A DNA stretch of 64,000 bases, from the NCBI GenBank assembly GCA_004431415.1, contig QPMI01000188.1:103201-167200 (forward strand), in the 5' to 3' direction. Positions 17,090 through 29,100 of this stretch are shown piece by piece. The translations under genes were made by a program, and so were the position numbers. The notes under the pieces were generated by a model. It searched no databases and had not been told where the DNA came from. It was given only the letters and a program-made list of their open reading frames with translations. Source of the stretch: Cyanophora paradoxa CCMP329. Lineage: Eukaryota > Plantae > Glaucophyta. Position 1 is the stretch's first letter; each line of letters opens with the position of its first letter.

Positions 17090-17531
17090 CAGAAAGGCGG
17101 TTCGTTCATGTTCATTCGAACAGAATCGAATTCGAACTATGTTCGTTCAAGATCGAAGCGTCCTCGAAGCGGCGTACTAGCTATAGTGGTAGTAGCACTG
17201 TACCAGTACGTAGTACTACGGTAGTAGCTATAGCCTTCAAAAGCAATGATATCGATACCGGGAACGTCGTAAAACGTTTCGAATTCCTTTTGCAGGTACC
17301 CGGAACGTCGCAAAACGCAATAGCTTCAATCAGGCTTACATTCCAATGATTGATAAGTTCCTCCTCGGAGTATTAATTCCAGTTTACGAGTACCGAGAAC
17401 GTCGCGAAACGCTTCACACCCTCATCCGGGCGCCTACAGGCTACATGTACAGCTAGGCTGAGCTAGCTAGGATCCAGACCGAGGCACCCCGCCGGCGCCG
17501 GCGCCGCCGTGATCGACCTCTCAGGCCCCTA

Positions 17532-17722
17532 CCGTGTAACACTTATTTACTGCGCCACAAATTACTGCGTTCTAAAATTTCTGCGCCGGTAGGCGCTTTA
17601 CTGCGCCACCAAATTACTGCGTTCCATCGGCCTCGGAAAATATTATACTGGGGTAATAGGCCAAGGGGGTATTACTGCGCTACCAAGTAGTTATGTCAGC
17701 GCGGTAATTAAGTATTACACGG
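17532..17722. mobile_element. MITE, Tc1/mariner-type (TA target duplication)
   Basis: TA|CCGTGTAACACTTATTTACTGCGC ... GCGCGGTAATTAAGTATTACACGG|TA: ~24-bp TIR with 3 mismatches, TA on both sides, internal TTACTGCG repeats, no ORF. Confidence 0.85.
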
Positions 17723-18413
17723 TAGGCCGCTCATGATCAGCGGCTCGATCCGAGCCTCGGAGCCGGAGCTCGAGTCGGAGGCTCCGAGGCTCGCGCGCGA
17801 AATATTCGAGTTTTGTTTTTGGACCCAGAAACTACTAGCTGTAATTCATTAATGCGTTTAACGTTTTAAATTTTGGACCCATGCAGCTATATAGACCCCT
17901 ATATTAATATTATGGCTATTAATTATGTATACGTACCGCATTACTGTACGTAAGTGCGCGCTTTGCCAGCGGTTTAAACGTACGTTGCCAGCGGCCGCCG
18001 GGCCGGATCGAGAGGCGATCTCTCAAAAAAACAAAACATCAATTACCGTGTACACACGCGCGCTTAAGCTTTATATAATTAATTACTTACTTGAGATTCG
18101 AAATTGAATTAAAACCTCGCCGAGTCGAGCGGTTAGTCGCGGCTGATAGCGGCGGTTACCTATCTCAGGCAGCACGCAGGCTGTCTGCTCCGAGGCTCGA
18201 GCTCGTTGGAGCCGTGCGGGCTCCTTGCATGCGCACTTTCCATCGATATCATTTCCCCGAAGGTGCTGAGCGCGCGTGCTCGAGCTCGAGCAGCTGCAGA
18301 ATCAGTGCATCAGTGCAGATCGATCGCATTCCCTTCCCCGGAGAGCAGCGCTAGCGGCCTGAGGTAGCAGCAACGTTAACAGACCGCACTCCCTACAACC
18401 TCCTGTGAACGAG

Positions 18414-18981
18414 ATGTCGCTCAACGTCTACCAGTGCTGGACTGCTTCCAACTGCACGGGCAGCTACAAGAGCGTCCAAGCCTATGGCACGATCCTCGAC
18501 GGGGAGGATGAGTGCAAGAAGCTCACCGGTTCGGAGTACGCGAACTCGAGTGCGTCGACGTCATGATCATGATCAGCTGCGAGGAACTGCACGCGCGCGT
18601 ATACGTACGCGTACGGCAACAGGCTGACTCGTGTCGCAGTCCGGCAGGGCTGGAACGGGATGTGCAGGACGATCGACCGCAGCTGGGACGCATACGACGA
18701 CTGGCAGCTCGACTCCGACGCGCAGGTGCGCGCGCGCTTCATGCCGCGCGCGATGCAAGAGAAATCAAAAACGCGCCGCGCGCTCGCGCGTTTCTCGCGC
18801 GCAGATCGTGAGCGCTAACGAAGCGGAGATGGACATGGACGCGGCGGAGCTCGACATCGAGGCGGAGGCCGCGGCTCAGGTGGCTCCCGTCATGATCAAC
18901 TGCAGCGGCCGGGATATTCGATCGGATATTTAATTTGCCCCTCCTGCGCAGATGCTGGAGGCAGAGGTTCTCGACGCCTAG
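18414..18981 (+). CDS. Small (~100 aa) 4-exon protein with Cys-containing N-terminus and acidic Ala-rich tail
   Basis: Three GT-AG introns keep frame: MSLNVYQCWTASNCTGSYKSVQAYGTILDGEDECKKLT|VRQGWNGMCRTIDRSWDAYDDWQLDSDAQ|IVSANEAEMDMDAAELDIEAEAAAQ|MLEAEVLDA*. Confidence 0.6.
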
Positions 18982-21287
18982 TTCCGCTTGATCGATCGCG
19001 GTCGACGTCTTTCGAAAATTCTTCGAAAAACTCTTCGATAGATAGCTATTTATATATATAGCTAATTTGTATTACCTATAGGGCGTCGACGTCGCGATAT
19101 CGATACGTATATATATACGTATACGCGTGCACGTGGGTCTCCAATTTTTTCATCTGAGCAAAGATAAATAGCTCTGATTGGTCGCAAAAGGGGCCGGGGC
19201 CGGTATAATTATAACATTAGAGGGTAATCGGTAATTTATAATCGGGAGGGGGGGGGGGGGGGATCGCCCTGCCTTCGAGTTCCTCGAGCTCCCTCTGAGG
19301 CTCCCTCGCGATCGAGCTCCCGGGAGCCCCTCTTTCCCTCCCTCCGGTCCCTCGCGATCGATCGCTTCGGATTCGATCCCGTAACACTCCGAGGCTAGCC
19401 AGCTCCAGGCCAATTCCAGATCCCCTGCACGATTCGCAACGGCGCCGGGCCTCCGATCGCGATCCTGTAACTCCTTGCAATTGCAGGTCCTCCGCCAGGG
19501 CCTCGCGATCGTCCGCCGGCGCCGGGCCGCCAGCTGCAGCTGCAGGTGCGGTACCGGTGCCACATGTACAGTCGGGCTTGCATGCACGTGGGATCCCGCT
19601 CCCGGAGTCCGGATCCACTGGGCCAGCGCCCCGGGGCCCTGACTTCGCTTCGCGGCGGCCGCGGCGGACGTGGCAAATTAAATACAAAACGACAAGGCGT
19701 AGGGCTTTATGGAGCGACGCTGCTGCCCTATACATGTGCATGCGCCCCCCCCCCCCCCCCCACCCCCCCACCCCACCCCACCCCCCTCCCCCCCACCCCC
19801 CCGCCCCCATCCCATGGCCACTGCGGCCACCCCACCTCACCCCCCAACCTCCCCCGCCAGGCCGCCCGCCCCCCGCTGAGGCGCGCCGCCCGCCATCGTC
19901 CCCGCCGCTCCGGATCCGCAAGATCGCCCCGGATCGCCTCCGGATCGACGCGTACCCCCCGCAGGACACGACCGCGAGGACCGCGCTGCAGCACCCCGAG
20001 CTCTACTAGTACTCCCGCGGCCAAGAGAACACGGCGGTACTCCCCCCCCCCCCCCCCCCCCGGGGGCCGATCGCGATCAAAATCAGGAGCAGTGACCGCC
20101 AGCACCGCGACCGTCGGACGCAAGCTCTCACACTGGGGCGCAACCCGGTGACCCTAGGCCTGGCAAAGCCGGCGGCCTGCATGACAAGCCGGCATGGCAA
20201 TTGTGCATATGGCATGATCATGATCATGAGGGTTGACGTCCAAGCCAAAGCATGTCGGCCGCGGGCCGGCCCGGCGGCCGACTGGCATGCCGGACCCCTA
20301 GCCGGCGGGGTGGCCATGGCCATGGGGGCTGGATTCCGAGCCTCGGAGGTCGCCGGGCCAGTCAAAATCATGATCGATATCACCGTTAACGTTATATTAT
20401 CCGATTGATCTGCCAGCATGTGTGGACGAAGTCTAGATCTGGTTCTCCACGGTCAAAACTCATGCTTTGAGCCTCGAGAATCATTACGGCATCTGATGAT
20501 CACCTAGTCACAGCGCTATAGCTAGCTACAGCACAAGACTAAAGCTAGCTATAGGCCTTCCGAAGTTCGAGTTTAAGTGTCTTTGCATGATCGCGCGCTG
20601 CCAGGCTGCCAATGAGTGCCGAAGTTCTAAGTCACTGCTGGGCGTCGGATTTCTGCACTAGCACTGAAGTTAACTGAGGCCACTATCTCTAATGAAAGCT
20701 CTATAACTAGCCCTAGTGGAACTATCGAATTCGAAGCAGAGCGTCCGTTTACATCTGATCGTGAATGAAAATAAGCTGCCTATGAAGTTGTACAGGGCGC
20801 CACGGACCCAGCCTGACCGCCCTTGGGGGGACGGGCTCAGGGCCGGGGGCGGCTTACAATACTATGGTTAATAAATTGGAAAGAAACTGTAATGTACGGC
20901 GCTGTAGTATACACTCACTGCATAATCAATAAAACGAATTCGAAGCAAAAAAAACACTGCAAGCGAAACACACAAGCATCGAATAAGCTTTGGGTTTTAG
21001 ATTTGATTTATCAAACTCGGAGATGGTCCGGATGGATCCGCAAGGGCCTGGCCATCGTGTGAAAGACTAACAGAAGTGTCGCGGTCCTGCCTAGGAACTG
21101 CGGCCCTTTGCAGGGCCAATGCACGAATCGCAATATCTATAAATAGAACAGGATGCAGTCCAGAGGGGTACTCGAATTCGGGAGCCGAAGGAAGCCCGAA
21201 AGAAGAAAGGAAAGGAGCGGTGCGTATCTAATCATCGGGTCCGGGGCGGTTAGATTTATGTGGGCCCCGGCCTGCCCGCGACCGGCC

Positions 21288-24200
21288 TCAGGCCAGGGGA
21301 TGCCCCCCGGGACCGGGCGCCGGCTCCGGGCTCGATTCGCCACCGGGCGCCGCGGCGGACGCTGGCCCGGGCCCTGGAGACCCGGTACCCCCGCTTGCCC
21401 CGGGACCCCGCAGGCCGGGCCCCGACGGATCCGGAGAGCGGCGCGCCCCTGCCGGGTACCCCCCTGGGTCGAGGTCCCTGCGGTCGCGACCGGCCGGCGC
21501 CGGCGCCGGCGCCGGCGCCGCGCCGCCGTCCATTGCGATCGCGAAGAGATCCGGTGGGACCCCGGCGATCGCGAGGGGCGGCGGGGATGCGGACGGGGCC
21601 GGCGGCGCGGGCGGGCTGGCGCTGCCCCTGCCGGCCGCCGGCGTGGAGGGCGAGGCCCGCGACGAATCGCCGTCGGATGCCGTCCGGGGCGAGCCGCCCG
21701 GCGCCGGCGCCGGCGCCGCGCTTGGGGGGCTCGATGCCCGCCGCTCTTCCATCTTCAGCTGCCTGCGGTACGCGCGCGGTTCCTTTTTGTCAGCACAGAA
21801 AGGAAGATTCGATCAGGGGAATGGTGGCGGCAGGCTGCCGGGCCATGCCAACGCCCCACGCTTCGATGGAAAAGGATTCGGACCTTTTGTTGTAGAACGG
21901 GAAGTCTGGGGGAGAAGCACGCCCAATGACATCAGACGCGGCTGGCCGAGAGATGCAATTATAATCTAGATCTGGGGCAGAGGGCGCGCACCGTCGAGAA
22001 TGGATGTCTTGGGCACGTAGTTGAAGAATATGTGGAGCATGTCCCTGCCTTGCTCGAGTGGTACCTCCTGCTCAATCGCGAGCGAAAGATTGGGTTTCGT
22101 GCGTGTCAGCTCAAGCTTTCGGACGCAGCACGAACAGCGCCCGCGGCTGAGCACCTGTGTGTCGCGCGAGTTCGTCACTGGCTTCCCGTCGTTGTTCGGG
22201 AGGTGTATGTGCCGAAGCTGTGCGCGTGACACAGAAATGAGAGGAAAGAGGGACAGGGCACAGAGTGGAGCGCGGGCGGGGCGGGGCGGGGCGGGGCGGC
22301 GTGGCGCGGTGTGGCCGCCGCCCACCTGCGAGTTGGGCACGTCCTTGATGAAGACCCACTCCAGGCCGAACTGGCCGCTCCACTTGTCCTGCGCCCACAC
22401 CGCCGTCAGATGCATGCGTGCGCGTGTACAAATCTGGAGCCGTGGCTGCAAAAAGGAGCGCCGCACCTGCGCCCAGATCGTGGCCTTCGTGGCGAAGTCA
22501 ACGCCCGACGTCATGCGAGCGCAGCCACAGAACTGGCCACTGCGTTCGCGTGCGTTAGCATCGGCGTTTCGAAAGTTGAAAATGGCGCGGAAGAAGAATT
22601 GGAGTCCCACAGCGCACGACGCATTGACGGAGAAGAAGAGATACACAGGGCCTGCGAGCGCACATGTGAGTCGCCGGCGACAGAAAATGGCCTTCGAGAC
22701 ACATCGTAACAGCAAGCCACTGACCCAGGGACGACGATGCCCGAAACGCGGCGTCGAGCCTTCGGTTGCCCGTGTCGGTGCTCGCCCAAATTCCGTACTG
22801 CGCCCGCGCGCGTCAAATCAGTTCCAAGCGATGTAATAATGAGTTCGTTAAACATATGCGTGTGTATATATCTGCAGCTATATATACGCATAGCGTGCAC
22901 GAGCGTGAGAACGGAACTCGAAGGTGGATCCATTGAATGCGCAGCAATATTCATGGCAACGGCGACGCCGGCCGCACCTTTATAGCCTTGTGCACGTCGT
23001 CCTCAGAGTAAGATTTGATTACGAAGAACCTAGCCTGCAACAACCAAGGATCAGCAGTGCGCACGAGTGAGATGTAGGCGCATGCCTACGTATACGTATA
23101 AGTATTCATGCATCAACGTTTAAGAAGCAATTGCACTCTAATACCGATCGTGGAAGCTCTCATGATCAAGATCTAGAGGACAGTTGCTAGCTTTTATCAT
23201 GGAACGCTCTTATCAGGGCCCATCCACGCACGAAGGAAGGGTTGGTGTCGAACGTGGGTGGGTTAATATCCGCCAGGTGGCTGAGGGGACCCTTCGGAGG
23301 AGACACGGGCTGCGCGCGCGAACGCAACGCACGCCGTCAAAGAGCGCACATGTCACGTCGCGATCGCCACCAAATTAGGCAATAATGGCTGTCGATCGGG
23401 CAGGCGCACCCGTCGGGCGCGGACGCGGGCGGGATCGGAGGAGCCGGCGGACGAGGAGCTGCCGGGGGCCGGCGATGGCGACAGAGAGGAGGACGCGTAC
23501 GCCGGCCCCGGCGAGCTCGAGCCGGCGATGGCGCCGCCGGCCGCCGCCGCCGATCCCGATCCGCTCGCAACGGCTGCGGCGCCGGCCGCCGCCGGTGCGC
23601 GCGACGCCGCCCGCCCGTGCGCGTGGGGCCCCAGGCCGAAGCCCGGGGCCCCGTGAGGCTGCCCATGCTGCCCTTGATGGCTACCGCCGTGAGGCTTCTG
23701 CCCCGGGGCGGCGCCGGACCCGCCCGCTCGTGGACCGGCCCCGGCGCGAGGCACGGGGTTCCTGCGCGCGTTGGCATCGAGACCTCGTCAGTGAGACGCG
23801 CGCCGGGGTTCGGTTCTGGCTCGTGGGGCCGGCGCCGGAGCGGGGGCGCTAGCGTCACGTCGCGATCGGCTGGAGCGCACCTGTGAGGCTGCAGCTGCGC
23901 ATGCGCGGGCAGTTGGAGTGGCTGCACGCTCATTGAAGCGCTCAAGCTTGCCCTCGCGAGCGACGACGCCCATGCCTCTTTCGAGCCTGCGAAGGCGCGC
24001 GCGCGCGCGCCCTCGTGATCAGTTAAATTTCACTGCACGGGATCTCACACGCCGCCCCAGTTGTAACCAGCGCAATAAACATTTCCCATTATCGAAGAAC
24101 GCGCGTCACGGACCCGGAGCTTGCGGGCTGTCCGCGAGGTCCAAGCCCTGCATGGCCTGCTGCGCCTGTAGGAACTGCGGCGCAAGGTGATCGTAAGCAC

Positions 24201-24976
24201 AAATTGAACTAGTGCGTAAGAGAGGGAGGCTTGGGGATTGCGGACGTCGAATTGCTGCTGCTGCGCCTGTGCGTGCTCGCGGAAGCGGTGCTGCTGCTCC
24301 GACGCAAGCAATTGCAGCTGCTGCAGCTGGCCGTGACGGTGCTGCAGCTGCGCCTGAGCCTGCGCATGCTGCAACGCCTCTCCGGAGCTCGAAGCCGTCC
24401 GAGGGTCCTGCTGCTGGTGCATGTGGGGCGATCCCAGCAGCTGCATGCGCATGTATCTCGACCACGCTTCGATGTCAGACGAGGGCAGCGGCAAGCCGAG
24501 TCCCTGTGCGTACGCGGCCTGCGCGTGCATGTGCATCTGCCCGCCGACGCCGACGCCGCCGAGGCCTGCTGCTAAAACGTCCATCGGCCGCCCCGCTGAC
24601 GCTGGGAACATCATCGCCATCGACATCGGACCGCCGTACGGCTGAGAGGCGCCGTACGCCATTGGGTAGAGGCCCATGCCCGGGTCCATTTGGGCGGAGA
24701 ACATGCCGGTGCCGGAAGCCGCGGCCGGGTGCAGGGGAGCGAAAATCTGCCCCTGCAGCTCTCCCCCATGCATCTCGTACACGTTGGCAGCGCCATGGTC
24801 GTGATCATGATCAGGAGGTGCAGGCTGATCGACCGCTGCCTGAGAATGCGTAGGCGCTCAAGATTAGAATACGAAAGGGATGCTTGGGTTCAATTCTCGT
24901 GCACCTGCGACTGTTGGTCTTGCTGCTGGCCCTGGAACCACTGGACATGATCCTGATCCTGACCGGAATTGTCCAT
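21288..24976 (-). CDS. YTH-domain m6A reader (YTHDF/ECT-like) with Q/G/M-rich low-complexity N-terminus
   Basis: ARFFVIKSYSEDDVHKAIK|YGIWASTDTGNRRLDAAF|GPVYLFFSVNAS|GQFCGCARM...IWAQ|DKWSGQF..WVFIKDVPN|KPVTNSRDTQ|EV...TSILD|DFPFY; aromatic-cage Trp residues present. Confidence 0.95.
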
Positions 24977-25780
24977 CGTAAGCCAGCAGCTTGCAACCTG
25001 ATCATGATCATGAGCGCGAGTGTGCGCGGAACCACGTGAGCACTTGAACATGAGGTTTCGGGGGAACGCGCGGCGCACCTCCTACACGTTGTGCTCGCGA
25101 ATGACTTCACGGCAAGTTAGAAGGAGCGCGCGAGCCCGACCGGCACCATGGCGGTCAATGTACACGTGCGCAGCTGCAGCAGCCCGATCGATGTCGACCG
25201 GCGGCAATTTATCGATGCTGGAGCGCGCTGGCCTACGAAAAGATGACGAATGGGCTCTCCAATTCCATCGCTCGGTGCTCGCCGCCTGCAGTGCGAGTGC
25301 TGCGATGCGCACGGCCGCGCGCGACCACGACTGGTTTTCGCGTTGCTGCGCTGACTACGCGCAGCTACGGCGGCGCATGCCGACACACGCTATCAGACCT
25401 GACGTCGACATGTACAGCTGCTAGCTGGCCGACCCTTCGCGCATCGTCCCCCCCGGCAAGCACAGAAGAAGTGTCCCTACGTCCGCTGGAGCTGATCGCG
25501 CGCCGCCGCGAGCGTAGCTGGGCGCGCACAGCGCTGCTGGCCTTCGGAAGCCCCCCAGCTATAGCAACTTGCGAGGCACAGCTGCTGGACGCCTCGCATG
25601 CGCAGCAGCAGCAGCAGCAGCAGCAGCGCTATCGGCGTCATGTGCTCCCTGCATGGAAGGGGGGATACCGTCGGGATCTCAGCGAGGCACGTGCGGATGC
25701 ACGCCCCTATCGGCCCCGAGTAAAAAAGATTCTTTGAACTTACGTGCGTGAACAATTTTTTGCAACCACGCAGGCATGAA

Positions 25781-25797
25781 CCACGTGACCAATCAGA
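25781..25797. promoter_or_regulatory. Putative G-box plus CCAAT box upstream of the YTH gene
   Basis: CCACGTGACCAATCAG in an AT-richer patch; function inferred from motif only. Confidence 0.35.
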
Positions 25798-26184
25798 ACA
25801 CGAGGGATCGTTTTTCTCTTTTTTCGTTTGAAATTTTGAATGGACGGTAGGCTCGGTAGCAATTTTGATCGCGATCGCGCGCCGTTGCAAGCTCCAACCG
25901 CCGCCAGCGGTGCCCAACGGCGATCGCGACATCGATCGCGATCGTGATCGCGAGGCGCTCCAGCTCATCTTCATGATCAGCAGATCTAGAGCTCTATATA
26001 TAGCTAGATCTAGACCTAGAGCTGTTATATGCTGCTAGCTATAGCTAGCGATGAGACAGAATTAGAACGCTAGGGCTCGCTCGGCCCTTGCTAAGCTTGA
26101 CTGCGAGCTTCGCTACTAGTACTCGGCCTCCGCGCCCTTAAGCTAGCTTGACTGTGAGCTTCCGAAGTTCGCTACTCGGCTTCG

Positions 26185-29100
26185 CTACTCGGCGAGGAGG
26201 CCAAAGGCGGCGTGGAAGGATCGCTCGGCCGCCTCCCAGCGCGCCATCACGTGCACGTCGCCCGCCACCAGCGGGCCCGCCTCCCCCGCGTACCGCCCCT
26301 CCCCCACCTGCGTTGTTACGTTCAGCTCGCGGGCGCTCCGCTGCTCCAAGGGGGGGCGGGGCGGGGCGAGGCGGGCCTGGGGTAGGTGGAACCAGCGGGA
26401 GGCGGAGTCCGAGACGGCCAGGCCGACGGGGCGCCGCGCGGGGTCCGTCACTACCACCTGCCAGGGCTCGACCAGGGGCCAGAAAGAGGAGGGGTACGGG
26501 AGAGGGGGGGGGGGGGCACCTCGAAGAAGGGGCAGGAGCCGGTCGGGACGAGGCGGGAGGCCGGCCGGGCCAGGGCCAGGCCGGCCCCCGCGCGGTACTC
26601 GATTGGGAAGAGGCCGCCGGGGCCCTCGCCGGCCCCCCGCCCAACCTCCACCTGCATGCATGCACGCCGGTCGGGGGGGAAGGGGGGGGGTAAGGGGTTG
26701 TGGGGGGGGGAGGGCTGACGCAGTAGCCGAGGACGGCAGAGAGGGTGCGGGCGGCGGGCGGGCCGGCGAGGACCTGCACGGCGTAGCGCCCGGGGCGGGC
26801 GAAGGAGAATTCGAGGGCGCGGGCGCCGTGGCCGGCCTCGGCTGCGGCCTCCCGGACGCGGCCATCGGGGTCCGGGAGGGGCGCGCCCTCGGCCCACGCC
26901 CACGAGGCGGGCGGAAGGGCGCGCAGGACGGCGTGGAGGCGGAGGGCGGGGGGGGTAGGGGCCTCCAGCGGCAGCCGCACGCGGGGCCCCGGGGCGCGAA
27001 CGAAGGCGGACTCGTACCCCGGGGCCGGGCGCACACCGAGGGCGCGGGCGGCGCCGGCGCCGGCGCCGGCGTAGGACTCGGGGAAGGCGGGCGGGGCGGG
27101 GCGGGGCCCGGGGCCGGGGCCGGGCGCCCCGGAGCAGGCGAGGAGGACGTAGGCGAGGACGTGGAGGAAGGGGGCGCCCTCGGGGGCCCCGGGGGGCCGG
27201 CAGAGGAGCTGCAGGAGGAAGCGCCCGGGGCCCGGCGCGCAAATCTCGAAGGCGTGCCGAACGTACCCGGCGGGGGCGGGGGCGGCCGAGGCCGCCTCGC
27301 GGAGGAACCCGTCGGGGGCCGGCGGGAGCGATGCGAGGGCGGCGGGGGGCGGGAGGGGGCCCGAGGGGGGCAGGGCCCGCATCTGGGCGAAGGGGGCGGT
27401 GCCCGGGGCGGCGAGGAAGGACAGAAGGAGCGGGCGGGGGCCGTCACGATCGCGATCGGCGGCGCCCAGCTCGAGGACTGCCTCGTGGTGCGACTCGGGG
27501 GCCACGCCGCACTGCCGGGGAGAACGTTTGCCTTAGCCGCAGGAGAGCGCAGCCCGCCGCTAGGCGGGCGGACCTGGCGGCACGCGGCGTCGGAGGCGGC
27601 GGCCGTCGTGGAGGGGTACCGCGGCAGGCCGCCCGTGGCCGCCTCCGGGGGCACCTCGACCTGCGCGGGAAGGGACGTGAGAAAGGGGGGGTAGAGGAAA
27701 GAGAAGGGAGGGGGGTACGAGGCCGCACGAGGTACGAGAGGGCGACGAAGCAGTCCCGGCGGGGCCCGGCGCCCGCCGCCTCGTCCCGCTCGGCCGCCAG
27801 GAGCTGGACGAGGTAGGGGCCGGGACGCGGGAACGCCACATCGAATCCGCCGGGGCCCGCCTCCCGCTGCAGGCCCGCCCCGGCCTCCCCTAGCGCCCTG
27901 TCGCCCTCGGCCTCGCGCCCCGCGGCGCCGCCCTCCCACCGCCGCACGCCTGCAACGTCGGTCGTCAGCGGCAAAGAAGGAAGAAAGAGAACAAAGAAAG
28001 AAAAGAAAAGAAAAGAAGGAAAGAGGGCACGGAGGAAGGTTTCGGTGCGGGAGGGGTCCGACAGGGCCGCGCGGAGGCGGAGCTCGCGCCCGCCGCCCCG
28101 CCCAAGCTCCACGAGGGCGGCCCGGTGCGAGGCCGCCGCCACGCCCTGCGCGGCGCCCCAGCTCAGCCGAGGGCGAGGACAAGACGCCCCGTCTCGGCTC
28201 GGGGGGTACGTGCGCACGAAGCGGCGGCAGGCCTCCGTGGACGCCCCGGCGAAGGACTCGGGAAAGACGGGCCCGCCGCGCGGGGCGGCGGCGGCGTCGG
28301 CGCCTTCGCGGGCCTCGAGGAGGTACCCCAGGGCGTAGCGCCACTCGCCGGCGCGGTCCGAGGCGGCCCGGGCGAGCAGCTGCGCCACGAAGAGGCCGGG
28401 CGCCTGTGGGAACGCCACCTCGAAGGTAAAGCGAACGTTCCCGCGCTCATCGTCCTCCTCCTCCCGCCAGTCGCGAACGAAGCCAGGGGGCAGCTCGGGG
28501 CAGGCGGCGAGGGCGGGGCCGTCGAGGGCGAGCGGGTCGGCCGCCTGGGCGGGCCCCAGGGACCGGACCTGCAGCGCCAGCTCCACGTCTGGGCGCCCGC
28601 AGGCGAAGCGGAGCGCGACGGGGGCGGAGGAGGAGGGGGCCAGGACGTGAGCCGCGTCGGCGGGGGGTACGGGCTCGATGGCGAGCTCTCGGCAGACGTC
28701 GGCCGAGCCGAGGGCGAAGCTCTGAGGGAAGGCGGGCCGCGAGGCGGCGGAGGCGGAGGCGGCGCGGGGCGGGCCCGGGACGGCGGCGCGCAGGGATCGG
28801 GAGGAGTGAGAGGCCGGGGCGGAGACGAAGTACGCGAGGGTGTAGCTCCATCGGGCGGAGCGGTGCGGGGCGCCCCGCAGGGCGAGGACCTGGGCCAGAT
28901 AGAGGCCCGGGCCGGGCAGGGACAGCGCGAAGGCGTGGCGCGAGGAAGAGGAGGAGGAGGAGGAAGAAGAGGAGCGACCGAGGTCGGCGGCGTGGGCGGC
29001 GGGGAGCTCCGGGAGCGAAGCAAACCAGTCGTGGGAGGAGGAGGAGGGGGCGGGCGGGGAGGCGAAGCCCTCAGGGAGGCGGGAGAGGCGTAGGGCGAGC

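Noticed and set aside
25020-25737. Plus-strand gene or pseudogene from ORFs 25020-25424 and 25243-25737
   Set aside because: No recognisable domain and a frameshift would be needed; better explained as the antisense of the YTH leader, though not excluded.
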